Origin: a virus
Length of the DNA stretch: 64,000 bases
IMG/VR virus record: IMGVR_UViG_3300049215_000519
Location: 1-64,000 of that record
Strand: one strand, 5' to 3'
Position numbers and translations under genes: made by a program. Shown here piece by piece: positions 1 through 9,371 of this stretch. The first letter of the stretch is position 1. Each line of letters opens with the position of its first letter. The notes under the pieces were generated by a model, which was not told the origin of the DNA, searched no databases, and saw only the letters and a program-made list of their open reading frames with translations.

Positions 1-1
1 C

Positions 2-415
2 GTCGACGTCGAGAGCAGCGAACAGCCTGCCCATGCCTCGCCTCAGCAGGTGATCGATGGCGTCTCGGCGTTCGCTGCGCGCATCAAGTCGCGCCACGGC
101 AAGGCGCCGATTCTATACGGTGGCAGCTACCTCCGCGACTTGATGATCACCGACCACATGGGCTGCGCGTACCTGATCACGGCCGACTACAACTCGTCCC
201 TGCCAGCGTTCATCTACACGCAGATGGGCTGGCCTCTCGACAAGCTACTCGGCTGGCAATTTCAAGGTACGGGAAATTGGAGCGGTCCTCCAAGCTATCC
301 TCGCGTGTGCCCCCTTGGAGCCGGTCCGCTGGATCTGACAGCGGTCACGATCGCGAATGGCTCGACGCCCGAGCAGCAGCTTGAGTGGATCAGGAACGAC
401 ATCCAGAGCACCTAG
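2..415 (+). CDS. GH25-like muramidase (endolysin-like), C-terminal part; 5' end outside window
   Basis: Frame open from window edge (ORF track lists 50..415). DVE near the start, LITADY and GWQFQGTG resemble GH25 lysozyme motifs. Confidence 0.45.
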   Translation, partial: VDVESSEQPAHASPQQVIDGVSAFAARIKSRHGKAPILYGGSYLRDLMITDHMGCAYLITADYNSSLPAFIYTQMGWPLDKLLGWQFQGTGNWSGPPSYPRVCPLGAGPLDLTAVTIANGSTPEQQLEWIRNDIQST

Positions 416-422
416 TCACGCT

Positions 423-443
423 GTCAGACCCAGCCTGTAGATT
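423..443 (+). promoter_or_regulatory. GTCAGACC-N7-TANNNN element (copy 1), 8 nt upstream of thyX ATG
   Basis: GTCAGACCCAGCCTGTAGATT, then cgagatcg, then ATG at 452. First 18 nt identical to the copy at 39612..39632. Confidence 0.5.
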
Positions 444-451
444 CGAGATCG

Positions 452-1309
452 ATGGAAACGTATCTTGATTCTGTTGGTAGGACGATGATCAACGTTCTCG
501 ATTGTGGCTATGTTCAGCTGATCGAGTCGTGGGGCTCCGATGAGCGCATCATCGAAGCAGCCCGCATGTCGACTGGAAAGGGTTTCAAGGGGTGGGGAGA
601 CCTCTGCAAGCTCTGTGGTGGCCCAGCATGGGCGCGTGGACAGATCCGAACCGATGATCGGACCGACAATCCGAGGCCGCGCTATTGTAGTGGCTGTGGC
701 CCTGTAGACTTTGAGTCGGGCGACGAGAAATTGTTGAAGAGGCTCTGGGACAAGCGGCACTCGTCGCCGTTCGAGATGGCGGGGATCGTCATCGAGGTTC
801 AGGCCCCGATCTTCGTCTTCCGCCAGTGGCATCGTCATCGCACGCAGAGCTACAATGAGCACAGCGCGCGGTACTCGCCGCTCCCTGATCTCAACTACGT
901 GCCGACCGTCGAGCGGCTCATGATGGCCAGCAAGACGAATAAGCAGGCTGGCATCGCCAAAGGCGCTGCCGAACTGACGGAGGCAAACGCAGAGATCTTC
1001 CGCGAGAAGCTCGTGTACATGTACAGCATCCAGCAAGAGCTGTACACACTTGCTCTTGGCTCAGGCGTGGCCAAAGAGCTGGCGAGGGTTCATCTACCGG
1101 TAGGGCGCTACTCGAAGATGCGCGCGAGTGGGAACCTGCGCAACATGCTTGGCTTCCTCGCGTTGCGCGATCATCCCGATGCACAGTGGGAGGAGCAGCA
1201 GTACGCCAAAGCCGTCGGCACGATCGTACAGCAGCTGTTCCCGCGCACGTACAAGCTCTTCCACGACTCTCAACTCCGAGAGTACGCTCGTGAGCAGGAG
1301 GCACAATGA
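452..1309 (+). CDS. thyX: Flavin-dependent thymidylate synthase ThyX with a Cys4 insertion
   Basis: RHRTQSYNEHSARY matches the ThyX signature RHRxxSxxxxSxRY. SPFE and FVFRQWHRHR motifs present. Extra CxxC...CxxC segment at residues about 46-89. Confidence 0.9.
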   Translation: METYLDSVGRTMINVLDCGYVQLIESWGSDERIIEAARMSTGKGFKGWGDLCKLCGGPAWARGQIRTDDRTDNPRPRYCSGCGPVDFESGDEKLLKRLWDKRHSSPFEMAGIVIEVQAPIFVFRQWHRHRTQSYNEHSARYSPLPDLNYVPTVERLMMASKTNKQAGIAKGAAELTEANAEIFREKLVYMYSIQQELYTLALGSGVAKELARVHLPVGRYSKMRASGNLRNMLGFLALRDHPDAQWEEQQYAKAVGTIVQQLFPRTYKLFHDSQLREYAREQEAQ

Positions 1310-1668
1310 GTCTGCCCACCGACGACAAATCGCGCAAGGCGCTGCCGATCTTCACCGGCCCGTTGATGTACTTCCCCGACGCACTGTTGGAGCTTGCTGC
1401 GGTGTGCAAGGCGGGCAACGAACAGCATAGCCCAGGAGAGCCACTTCATTGGGCGCGCGAGAAGTCGGTCGATCAGCTCAACACGGCGCTGCGACACATG
1501 ATGGATCATGGCACTGGGACGCGTGTCGATGTGGATGGGCGGTATCACCTGGCCAAGGCTGCCTGGCGCCTTCTCGCCGAGTTGCAGCTGTCGATCGAGG
1601 AGGCCGCTGGCAAGACCATGCGGGGTCCCGATGGCGTGCCGCGCGCAGTAGATCCGGCCAAGAAATGA
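1306..1668 (+). CDS. dATP/dGTP diphosphohydrolase-like (DUF5664-like) small protein
   Basis: ATGA overlap with thyX stop. Pattern KALPIF..P.ALLELA..(G)..H....W...S...L..AL.RH....G...D.DG..HLAKAAWRLLA recalls the phage dNTP diphosphohydrolase N-terminal domain. Confidence 0.4.
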   Translation: MSLPTDDKSRKALPIFTGPLMYFPDALLELAAVCKAGNEQHSPGEPLHWAREKSVDQLNTALRHMMDHGTGTRVDVDGRYHLAKAAWRLLAELQLSIEEAAGKTMRGPDGVPRAVDPAKK

Positions 1669-2798
1669 TCCCGTTGTTCAAGGTGCTCATGGCCGCAGAC
1701 GCAGACCAGCGCGTCGGAGAGGTGCTGCGATCGGGCTACATCTCCGAGGGGCCTGTCGTCGCCGAGTACGAACGCGTGATGCAGGAGACGCTCGCGCTTC
1801 CTGATCGGCCGCTTGCGGTCAACTCTGGCACGAGCGCGCTCCATCTCGCGCTCAAGCTAGCCGGAGTCGGCTACGGAGACTACGTACTCGTGTCGCCGAT
1901 GACGTGCTCGGCGACCATCGTGCCGATCATCCATCTCGGCGCGCGGCCGGTGTGGGTCGACGTCGATCCGGTGACTGGCCTCATGACGCCGCTGACGCTC
2001 AGCAACGCGGCGGCGGGCATGCTTCCGGGCGACATCAGGGCCGTCGTCTCGATCGACTGGGCCGGCACGCCATGCGACTACGAGGGCCTGCGCAAGAGCG
2101 TTGATCTCTACCAGAAGAACGTACCGATCATTCAGGATGCTGCACACGCGATGTTCGCCAAGGATCGCATCGGCAGGCAGATCGGCGCGACTCGAGACCC
2201 GAACCACTATGTGTGCTGGTCGACCCAGGCGATCAAGCTGCTCACGACCGGCGATGGTGGGCTGCTCTTGCCGCCAGCCGCGCAGAACATGCGCGCGCGC
2301 AAGCTGAGGTGGTTCGGGCTCGACCGTGAGAGCAAGAAGGACTTCCGCTGCGAGCAGGACATCACCGAGGCGGGCTTCAAGTACCACATGAACGACATCT
2401 CTGCGGCGATCGGCCTTGCGAACCTGCCGTACGCGCTGTTGCATTCTTCCTACCATCGTAGGAACGCGATGAGGTTTTACCAGGCGTTCAAGGATCTCTC
2501 TCCGCGCGTGATCGTTCCACCATTCAACTCTGGCTCGAGCTACTGGATCTACACGATCCTCGTCGACGATCGCGAGTCGTTCACGCAGTGGATGACCGAG
2601 CGCGAGATTCAGGTCTCTCAGGTGCATCGCCGCGTTGACACTCATCCAGCTTTCGACGATGCAGCTAAATTTCGAACCAACTTGCCAGGCCTGAACGAGT
2701 TTGCAGCCCATCAGATCAGCATTCCCTGCCATTGGGCTCTATCTGAATCTGAAGTTACCCAAATTATTGGGGCGGTCACCTTGTGGGTATATCGATGA
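1665..2798 (+). CDS. DegT/DnrJ/EryC1-family PLP-dependent sugar aminotransferase
   Basis: ATG at 1665 overlaps the upstream TGA (ATGA). NSGTSALHLALKLAGVGYGDYVLVSPMT and AIKLLTTGDGGLLL (PLP lysine context) are typical of the family. The 1449 start in the track is an upstream extension. Confidence 0.85.
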   Translation: MIPLFKVLMAADADQRVGEVLRSGYISEGPVVAEYERVMQETLALPDRPLAVNSGTSALHLALKLAGVGYGDYVLVSPMTCSATIVPIIHLGARPVWVDVDPVTGLMTPLTLSNAAAGMLPGDIRAVVSIDWAGTPCDYEGLRKSVDLYQKNVPIIQDAAHAMFAKDRIGRQIGATRDPNHYVCWSTQAIKLLTTGDGGLLLPPAAQNMRARKLRWFGLDRESKKDFRCEQDITEAGFKYHMNDISAAIGLANLPYALLHSSYHRRNAMRFYQAFKDLSPRVIVPPFNSGSSYWIYTILVDDRESFTQWMTEREIQVSQVHRRVDTHPAFDDAAKFRTNLPGLNEFAAHQISIPCHWALSESEVTQIIGAVTLWVYR

Positions 2799-2828
2799 GG
2801 GCGCCTTATCGACGCCTAGGGGCATGAC

Positions 2829-3293
2829 ATGCTAGAGAGCTTCCTTCATCGCGTGACCGGGCTTGAGGACGCGGAGCGGATGCGCGAGATCCGCAACTCA
2901 TGTCGGCAGTTCATGACCCGCAACACGCTCGAGATCTCCGTCGACGAGCAGAAGATATGGTTTCTCACGCTCGAGAATGAGACGAGACCCTTCTTGCTCG
3001 CGGTCGATGTTGAGGGACAACCCAAGGTTGGGTACGGGCTCATCCGCATGATCGACGGCTGCTACTGGATCTCAGGTGGGCTTCTGCCCGAGTGGCGCGG
3101 CAAGGGTCTCGGCAAGCGGCTCTTCGCCGAGCTGGCGCGCATCGTCAACATCGTCGAGAAGAGGACGTGTTGGCTCGAGGTCAGAGCCAGCAACATGATC
3201 GCCCAACGCGTCTATCAAAGCCTCGGCTTTGAGTTCGTCTCGATCAACACCGAGCAATTCGTCTCATGGACGATGCGAAGGCGAATCAGATGA
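2829..3293 (+). CDS. GNAT-family N-acetyltransferase
   Basis: WRGKGLGKRLFAELARI (acetyl-CoA loop R/Q-x-x-G-x-G/A) and AQRVYQSLGFEFV are typical GNAT motifs. Confidence 0.75.
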   Translation: MLESFLHRVTGLEDAERMREIRNSCRQFMTRNTLEISVDEQKIWFLTLENETRPFLLAVDVEGQPKVGYGLIRMIDGCYWISGGLLPEWRGKGLGKRLFAELARIVNIVEKRTCWLEVRASNMIAQRVYQSLGFEFVSINTEQFVSWTMRRRIR

Positions 3294-3838
3294 GGGGGAT
3301 TGCTTACCAGTTGTCTGGGTTACGATTTGGTAGACTAGTTGTCGTCGAGAAATCTAAGTCTATCGTGGAGGGCGGTCGATATTATACGGCGTGGCGGTGT
3401 CAAGGTGACTGTGGCTCGGAAAAAGTGGCCAAGGGGGTTCATTTGCAGGCCGGCTACACCAAAAGTTGTGGCTGCCTCCTTCGAGGCCATGCCCCCTCAC
3501 TTACCCATGGTGAGACATGTGGAGGCAGACGATCTATTCGCTACTACTTATGGTTCAACGCAAAAACCAGGGCCAAAAAATTCAACCTCCCATTTGATCT
3601 GAGGCTAGACGATATTGAAGTACCAGATCGTTGTCCGGTACTCGGAATCGAACTAGTGAGGAACTCTGGCGGGTGGCGAGATAACAGCCCAACTATTGAT
3701 CGTGTGCAGGGGTGTCTGGGTTATGTCCGAGGCAATGTGTGCGTAATCAGTTTGCGTGCAAATCGTCTGAAGTCAGACGCCTCGCTCGAGGAACTTCAAA
3801 AGCTGGTCAATTATGTTCAAGCCTGGGGGAGACGATGA
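3290..3838 (+). CDS. Free-standing HNH homing-endonuclease-like protein (copy 1)
   Basis: ATGA overlap with the GNAT stop. CPVLGIEL...SPTIDRV..GYVRGNVCVISLRANRLKSD HNH-type core and N-terminal SCGC Cys cluster. Visibly lower GC than neighbours. Paralogue of 4878..5431. Confidence 0.7.
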   Translation: MRGIAYQLSGLRFGRLVVVEKSKSIVEGGRYYTAWRCQGDCGSEKVAKGVHLQAGYTKSCGCLLRGHAPSLTHGETCGGRRSIRYYLWFNAKTRAKKFNLPFDLRLDDIEVPDRCPVLGIELVRNSGGWRDNSPTIDRVQGCLGYVRGNVCVISLRANRLKSDASLEELQKLVNYVQAWGRR

Positions 3839-4881
3839 TCGAGAGAGTGTTCGTGGTGCCGCTCAACTATAGCCATCGGCAGTCGGGGCTCATCCACGCC
3901 TTCGACGAGATCTTCGGCTACTCGAACGTTCACTCGGCATTCGACTACATGGCGATGCATCGCCGAGGAATGACCAGCAACCAGATCAACGGCAGCTTGT
4001 TCGACAGCGTGAGAAAGTTCAGGCCAGACTGGATCTGGATGCAGCTGCAGACTTCTGATATCGTCACGTCCGAAGTCGTAGAGAACATCAAGCAGGTCTT
4101 GCCGCAAACGATCGTCACGCATTGGATGGGTGATCTGCGCACTGAGGTACCCGATCATCTGGCCCGTATTTGTAAAGCGACCGACGCAACGTTGCTCTCG
4201 AACCGAGGTCAGTTCCAGCTATACCAAGCTGCGGGCGCCAAGCGTGTGCACTACACGCAGATCGGCCTCGACTGGGACGAGGACGTGCTCGGGCTGTCGT
4301 GGAACGGCGACAAGACCAACCGTGAAGTGTGGGAGCCGCCGTTCCGCGTGCCAGAGGTCGTATTCTGCGGTGGCTACTACGAGCACATGCCTGGCCACAA
4401 GCTGCGCCTAGCCGCGATCCGTCGGTTGCTGGAGGAGAAGATCGACGTCGGCGTCGTCAGCGAGAGTCCGTGGCCGTCAGACATCCCTGTCGTCGGTAGC
4501 TGCCACGTCAAGCAACAACACGCGGTGTATCGTCGTGCCAAGGTCGTGCTGTCGATCAACAACTACAACGACATCGAGAACTACTTCAGCGATCGTCAGC
4601 TGATCGCGATGGCCTCGGGTACGCCGGTTGTTGCGCGTTGGGTTCCAGGCCTCGACGATCTTGAGTACGGCTTCCGAACGCATGAGTGCAGCATGTTCGG
4701 CAGCTATCTGGACGACAGCCTCGATAGCATGGTCAAGCGCGTGAAGCGGCTGCTCGCGAACGAGGAGCTACGCCAGTCGATCGGGATGGCTGGCCGGATG
4801 CGCGTGATGCGCGACCACTCGTGGCACACACGCATCCTCGATCTCTTGCCTGTCGTCGAATCATGGAGGGCTCAGCTGTGA
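3835..4881 (+). CDS. Glycosyltransferase, CgeB-like / GT1-type C-terminal domain
   Basis: ATGA overlap at 3835. YRRAKVVLSINNYNDIENYFSDRQLIAMASGTPVVARWVPGLDDL resembles the CgeB / Glyco_trans_1_2 C-terminus. Confidence 0.6.
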   Translation: MIERVFVVPLNYSHRQSGLIHAFDEIFGYSNVHSAFDYMAMHRRGMTSNQINGSLFDSVRKFRPDWIWMQLQTSDIVTSEVVENIKQVLPQTIVTHWMGDLRTEVPDHLARICKATDATLLSNRGQFQLYQAAGAKRVHYTQIGLDWDEDVLGLSWNGDKTNREVWEPPFRVPEVVFCGGYYEHMPGHKLRLAAIRRLLEEKIDVGVVSESPWPSDIPVVGSCHVKQQHAVYRRAKVVLSINNYNDIENYFSDRQLIAMASGTPVVARWVPGLDDLEYGFRTHECSMFGSYLDDSLDSMVKRVKRLLANEELRQSIGMAGRMRVMRDHSWHTRILDLLPVVESWRAQL

Positions 4882-5431
4882 GACCAGCTAATCTAGCTGG
4901 AAGAGTGTTTGGTCGCTGGTCGGTGAAGAGCCGTGATGGAAGTCGCCTCTACGGAAAGTGCAGCAATGCGCTTGGCTGTGTATTTGCGCCTGTGGTAGGC
5001 GTGGGACAGTAACTAGCGCCGCCTTGACTACCGGACGAAGCAAAAGCTGCGGGTGTTGGCGCAAAGAGAAACTGGCTGCAGGAATCGGCAAGACCCACGG
5101 ACTGAGTGACACCACTATTTACAACTTGTGGCAAGGTGCGAAGAGGCGGGCCAAAGCTCAGGGGGTAGCGTTCGATCTCAAGCTAGAAGACATCGTTATT
5201 CCAAAGATCTGCCCGGCCCTAGGGATTGAAATCGTTCCGCATCGCGGTAAAGGGGCGTCTCCGCATAGCCCAACGATCGATCGGATCATTCCTTCGCTAG
5301 GCTATGTCAGGCGAAACATCGAGGTGATCAGCCATCGCGCCAATGCGATCAAAAACAACGCCTCAATCGAGGAACTTGGGCAAGTTCTCGGCCATGTGCG
5401 GATGATAACCCGTTTGAGAGGACTTCGATGA
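4878..5431 (+). pseudogene. HNH homing-endonuclease-like gene (copy 2) interrupted by a 1-nt frameshift
   Basis: GTG at 4878 overlaps the upstream TGA. The N-terminal part (VRPANLAGRVFGRWSVKSRDGSRLYGK) is in frame 0. The rest (CAWLCICACG...SPTIDRI..GYVRRNIEVISHRANAIKNN) is in the frame of ORF 4958..5431. The junction lies at the AAA run 4955-4957. Confidence 0.55.
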
Positions 5432-6135
5432 CGGCAGCAGTTTTTGGCACATTCAATCGGCTGAGTCTCCTACAACGAGCAGTTACCTCTCTGCGTGCGG
5501 CTTCGACAGATTGCCGTGCGATCGTGATCGATGGAGGATCTACGGATGGAACAATTGAGTGGCTACGGGCTCAGCCGGATGTGGATCTGATCCAGCAAAC
5601 TGGTCCGCTAACCGGCGCAGTGATTGCCTTCAACCTCGGGTTTGCACGGGCGGTTGCAGATGGGCATGCCTACGTTGCCCACCTCAACGACGACGCAGAG
5701 ATCATGACGCCAGGGGCGATTGATCAAGCGATCGAGATGATGCAGAACGATGGAAAGATTGGTGAGGTAGCATTTGCATTTGACTTGTGGGGTGAGTATC
5801 ACTTCGACCAGGTCAATCACGTTCCTTATGCAAACTTCGGCGTGGTGCGAACGACAGCCGGAATTCAGGTTGCCAAAGCTCAGGGTGATCCTGAAGGCCT
5901 GAAATGGTGGTCTCCGATCTATAGGACGTACGGAGCTGACAGCGAGTTCGGGGCGTGGCTGTGGAAGCTCGGCTGGCGGGTGCACTGCGCGGATCACCTG
6001 AAGGTGCACGACCTACGCGCCGACGACGCCCTGCGTGCCAACAACACTGGGGCGCGCAGCGAGGCCGACAGCAAGCTGTTTTGGGAGCGCTGGGGCAAGG
6101 AGAACCTCGAGCAGTACCTCGAGAAGAACAAGTGA
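5428..6135 (+). CDS. Family-2 glycosyltransferase
   Basis: ATGA overlap. FGTFNRLSLLQRAVTSLRA....VIDGGSTDGT and HLNDDAE (DxD-like) are typical of the GT2 N-terminus. Confidence 0.75.
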   Translation: MTAAVFGTFNRLSLLQRAVTSLRAASTDCRAIVIDGGSTDGTIEWLRAQPDVDLIQQTGPLTGAVIAFNLGFARAVADGHAYVAHLNDDAEIMTPGAIDQAIEMMQNDGKIGEVAFAFDLWGEYHFDQVNHVPYANFGVVRTTAGIQVAKAQGDPEGLKWWSPIYRTYGADSEFGAWLWKLGWRVHCADHLKVHDLRADDALRANNTGARSEADSKLFWERWGKENLEQYLEKNK

Positions 6136-6154
6136 TCGGGGTACGATCAGGGTT

Positions 6155-7093
6155 ATGATGAGAATCCTCGTGACTGGCGCCTCTGGCTTCCTCGGTCGAC
6201 AGCTGATGGCTCAGCTTGCGAGGGAGACCGGCGACTTCACAATCGACGACTCTGGCGACACCGATCTCGTGAGCCCGTACGAGACCTACGCTCTGATGGT
6301 GAGCAAGCGACCGACGCTGATTTTCCATCTAGCCGCAGCGGTGGGAGGCATCGGTGCAAACCAGAAGAAGCCCGGCACATTCTTCCGCGACAACATGTTG
6401 ATGGGCATCAACGTGCTCGAGGCGGCGAGGCAGATTCGTCGGCCACTTGAGGAGCCGTGCAAGATCGTGATGGTGGGCACATGTTGCAGCTATCCTGCAG
6501 TGTGCTCGCTGCCGATGCGCGAGGAGCAGCTGTGGGACGGCTACCCCGAGCCCACAAACGCGCCCTACGGCGTCGCCAAGCGTGCTCTCATCACGATGGC
6601 GCAGGCCTACCGCAAGGAGTTCGGCTCGAACATCGTGACCGCGATCCCGGCAAACCTCTACGGGCCAGGCGACAACTTTGACCTCGAGACGAGTCACGTG
6701 ATCCCGGCGATGATCCGCAAGTTCATCGAGGCTCGTGATGCAGGCTCGCCGTCGGTGGAGCTATGGGGAGACGGCTCGCCGACGCGTGAGTTCCTCTACG
6801 TCAACGACTGCGCGCGCATGCTCATCAAGCTCGCGAAGTTCTACAACAAGCCAGAGCCCGTCAACCTGGGAACAGGCTTCATGTATCGCATCACCGATCT
6901 CGCCGATCAGGTACGCTCTCTGACGCGATACTCGGGCCGCATCTCGTGGAACTACGAGAAGCCAAATGGCCAGCAGAGTCGCGTGCTCGACCTCACGCGC
7001 GCGCACCAGCTTGGGCTGAGCGCGCTCGTGTCACTGCAAGAAGGCCTCGAGCTGACGATCTCCTGGTACCAGTCGAACAGAGGATCTTCATGA
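6155..7093 (+). CDS. fcl: GDP-L-fucose synthase (GDP-4-keto-6-deoxymannose 3,5-epimerase/4-reductase)
   Basis: [16 protein letters not shown] Rossmann start, [43 protein letters not shown]. The 6035 start in the track is an extension. Confidence 0.85.
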   Translation: MMRILVTGASGFLGRQLMAQLARETGDFTIDDSGDTDLVSPYETYALMVSKRPTLIFHLAAAVGGIGANQKKPGTFFRDNMLMGINVLEAARQIRRPLEEPCKIVMVGTCCSYPAVCSLPMREEQLWDGYPEPTNAPYGVAKRALITMAQAYRKEFGSNIVTAIPANLYGPGDNFDLETSHVIPAMIRKFIEARDAGSPSVELWGDGSPTREFLYVNDCARMLIKLAKFYNKPEPVNLGTGFMYRITDLADQVRSLTRYSGRISWNYEKPNGQQSRVLDLTRAHQLGLSALVSLQEGLELTISWYQSNRGSS

Positions 7094-9078
7094 AACGCGC
7101 GCTAATATTCGGTGTAACCGGCCAAGATGGCTCATATTTGGCCGACCTGCTTCTGACGAAGGGTTACGAAGTGCACGGCGTCGTTCGTAGGGCGAGTACG
7201 ATCAACACCAGCCGCGTCGATCATCTACACGATCGGGACGACTTCAAGCTGCACTACGGAGACATCTGCGACAACAGCGCTACCACTCGGCTCATGGCGC
7301 AGATCGAGCCGCACGAGGTCTACAACCTAGCGGCCCAGAGCCACGTCAAGGTGAGCTTCGAGGTTCCGATCTCGACGGTCGACTCCACAGCGATGGGGGC
7401 GCTCAAGATTCTCGAGTCGGTTCGAGAAGTCGGGCTATCGTCGTGCCGGATCTACCAGGCCTCCAGCTCGGAGATGTTCGGCTCGGCGCCCTCACCACAG
7501 CGCGAGACCACGCCGTTCCACCCACGCAGCCCGTACGGCTGCGCGAAGGTGTTCGCCTACCACGCCGCGGTCAACTACCGCGAGGCGTATGGCATGCACA
7601 TCTCCAACGGGATCCTGTTCAACCATACTTGTGTTGCTGATTGGACACCTGTGATCATCCGACAACACGGTCTCGTTAACATTCTGCCAATCGAGGAGTT
7701 GGTTCCTCACAGATCAGACCCAAAATCTGGAAAAAAGTATACAACTGAACCAAGTTCCCCCCTCGAAGTTTGGGACCGACAAGGCTGGACCAAGGTTAAA
7801 CTGCTGACGGCGAGCTGGATCAAGGACCAAGAGATCGTGATGATGCGCGGCCGTAACGCGGTTTTCACCACGACTTCAGATCACAAAATCTTTGTTGGAG
7901 GAGATGCCAAAGAGGTGGAGGCTGGAAATGTAAGGTCAGGAGATCAGCTCAGTCTGGCAACGTATACCGAGCTAGAACCAAAAACTAAAATCACGTCTGA
8001 AGAGGCCTGGCTGTTAGGAGCCTTAGTCGCCGATGGTTGGGTCGGGAGTGAGGAGGATGGCCATCAGGGTAAATTTGGAAAAGAGGATGAGTCTCTACGT
8101 AACCGCGTGGCCGATCTCTGGGAAAAGATCTCTGGTGGATGGGCGCGCGTTGAATACTCTACTTCGCCGCCTGCCGTTAGACTCAATGGCGCGGCTGCTT
8201 ACTTGCGATGGCTGCGTCCGCAACTCTACACGAAGCGCGGTCTCAAGCGGGTGCCCCTTAGAATCTTGAACGCAGATCGAGAAGTGCGTCTCGCCTTTCT
8301 ACAAGGATACAACGCTTGTGACGGGCTGAAGGGTGGCCACTGTTCTTACGAATTCAAATCTTTCACGACTAATTCTCCTACCCTCGCACAAGGATTGTGG
8401 TGGCTCTCCTCAGTCACTCTAGGGCAAAGAATGATCGTGAACGTCGAAGATCGAGATGGCCTAACTTATTTCCATATCAATCTGAACTCTTCGGCTGAGT
8501 CTAACAAGGACGCCCATCTTCGTAAGCCTCCGGAGGAGGTCATCTCCGCTAACCGGGCTCGGGACACTGGGTGGGTATTCGATCTCGAAACTGAAAGCTC
8601 TACGTTCCAAGCTGGAGTTGGCAGGGGGTGGATCCACAATTCTCCTCGCCGAGGCGAGACGTTCGTGTGCCGCAAGATCACGCGCGCGGTCGGTCGCATC
8701 CTCGTCGGCACACAGAAGAAGCTCGTGCTTGGCAACTTAAACGCCGAGCGCGACTGGGGCTGGGCACCCGAGTACGTCGAGGGGATGTGGCTGATGCTGC
8801 AGCAAGACTCGCCCGGCGACTACGTGCTTGGCACTGGCGTGAGCCATTCAGTGGGTTACTTCGTCAAGAAGGCCTTCGAAGCTGCAAACCTTGAGTGGCA
8901 ACACTACGTCGAGATCGACGAGCAACGTTACGCGAGGCCGACCGAGGTCGACATCCTACGCGCCGACACGATGAAGGCCCGTCGCATGCTGGGTTGGCAG
9001 CCTAAGGTCACCCTCGATGAGATCATCCGCCTCATGGTGAAAGCTGACACCGAACTTGCCAACTTGACGGGGGCCTGA
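7090..9078 (+). CDS. gmd: GDP-mannose 4,6-dehydratase, intein-containing
   Basis: [49 protein letters not shown], and ILFNHT / [14 protein letters not shown] split by 337 aa. ATGA overlap with fcl. Confidence 0.9.
   Translation: MKRALIFGVTGQDGSYLADLLLTKGYEVHGVVRRASTINTSRVDHLHDRDDFKLHYGDICDNSATTRLMAQIEPHEVYNLAAQSHVKVSFEVPISTVDSTAMGALKILESVREVGLSSCRIYQASSSEMFGSAPSPQRETTPFHPRSPYGCAKVFAYHAAVNYREAYGMHISNGILFNHTCVADWTPVIIRQHGLVNILPIEELVPHRSDPKSGKKYTTEPSSPLEVWDRQGWTKVKLLTASWIKDQEIVMMRGRNAVFTTTSDHKIFVGGDAKEVEAGNVRSGDQLSLATYTELEPKTKITSEEAWLLGALVADGWVGSEEDGHQGKFGKEDESLRNRVADLWEKISGGWARVEYSTSPPAVRLNGAAAYLRWLRPQLYTKRGLKRVPLRILNADREVRLAFLQGYNACDGLKGGHCSYEFKSFTTNSPTLAQGLWWLSSVTLGQRMIVNVEDRDGLTYFHINLNSSAESNKDAHLRKPPEEVISANRARDTGWVFDLETESSTFQAGVGRGWIHNSPRRGETFVCRKITRAVGRILVGTQKKLVLGNLNAERDWGWAPEYVEGMWLMLQQDSPGDYVLGTGVSHSVGYFVKKAFEAANLEWQHYVEIDEQRYARPTEVDILRADTMKARRMLGWQPKVTLDEIIRLMVKADTELANLTGA
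7630..8640 (+). mobile_element. LAGLIDADG-type intein inserted in the NH(E/T)|SPRRG motif of Gmd
   Basis: Starts [10 protein letters not shown] and has a TSDHKI (TxxH) block. Two dodecapeptide motifs, [12 protein letters not shown] and [14 protein letters not shown]. Ends VGRGWIHN followed by Ser. Lower GC than the exteins. Confidence 0.85.
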
Positions 9079-9371
9079 TGAAGAAGTTGGTTCTCTTGTT
9101 CTTGATCGCAGCGTGTTGGCGAACCAAGTTCGTCGAGAAGCCCGTCGTGCGCATCGAGCGTCGTGATCACTGGGCCGCGTGCTTGGTCTCCCCTCCGCCC
9201 AAGGCGCCCATCCCGTCTGTGCCACCCAGCTTGACGCTGATGAGCATCCAGGATTGGGAGGACATCGAGCGCGCGAAGTGGGCTGACTACGGCCACGCCG
9301 CGGCGACGTGGATCGACCGGTACGCGTGGCCGCGCTGCCAGTTCGACGAGAAGACGCAGCAGTTCAAGTGA
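9078..9371 (+). CDS. Small putative lipoprotein
   Basis: [13 protein letters not shown] has a signal peptide plus lipobox-like LIAAC. Start overlaps the gmd stop. Confidence 0.5.
   Translation: MKKLVLLFLIAACWRTKFVEKPVVRIERRDHWAACLVSPPPKAPIPSVPPSLTLMSIQDWEDIERAKWADYGHAAATWIDRYAWPRCQFDEKTQQFK

Noticed and set aside
1449-1664. N-terminal extension of the DegT aminotransferase (track ORF starts at 1449). Similar extensions occur at 6035..6154 (fcl), 6946..7089 (gmd), 32348..32617 (helicase) and 28640..28861.
   Set aside because: The extensions overlap upstream genes and are Arg/Gly-rich. In each case a conserved protein N-terminus begins at an ATG/GTG that forms a 4-nt overlap with the upstream stop.
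3772-3779. Additional GTCAGAC[CG] hits at 3772 (plus), 26592-26599 (minus) and 49373-49380 (plus), and a one-mismatch hit near 41737
   Set aside because: None has a TA hexamer after 7 nt or a co-oriented start codon nearby. Their number matches chance expectation for an 8-mer.
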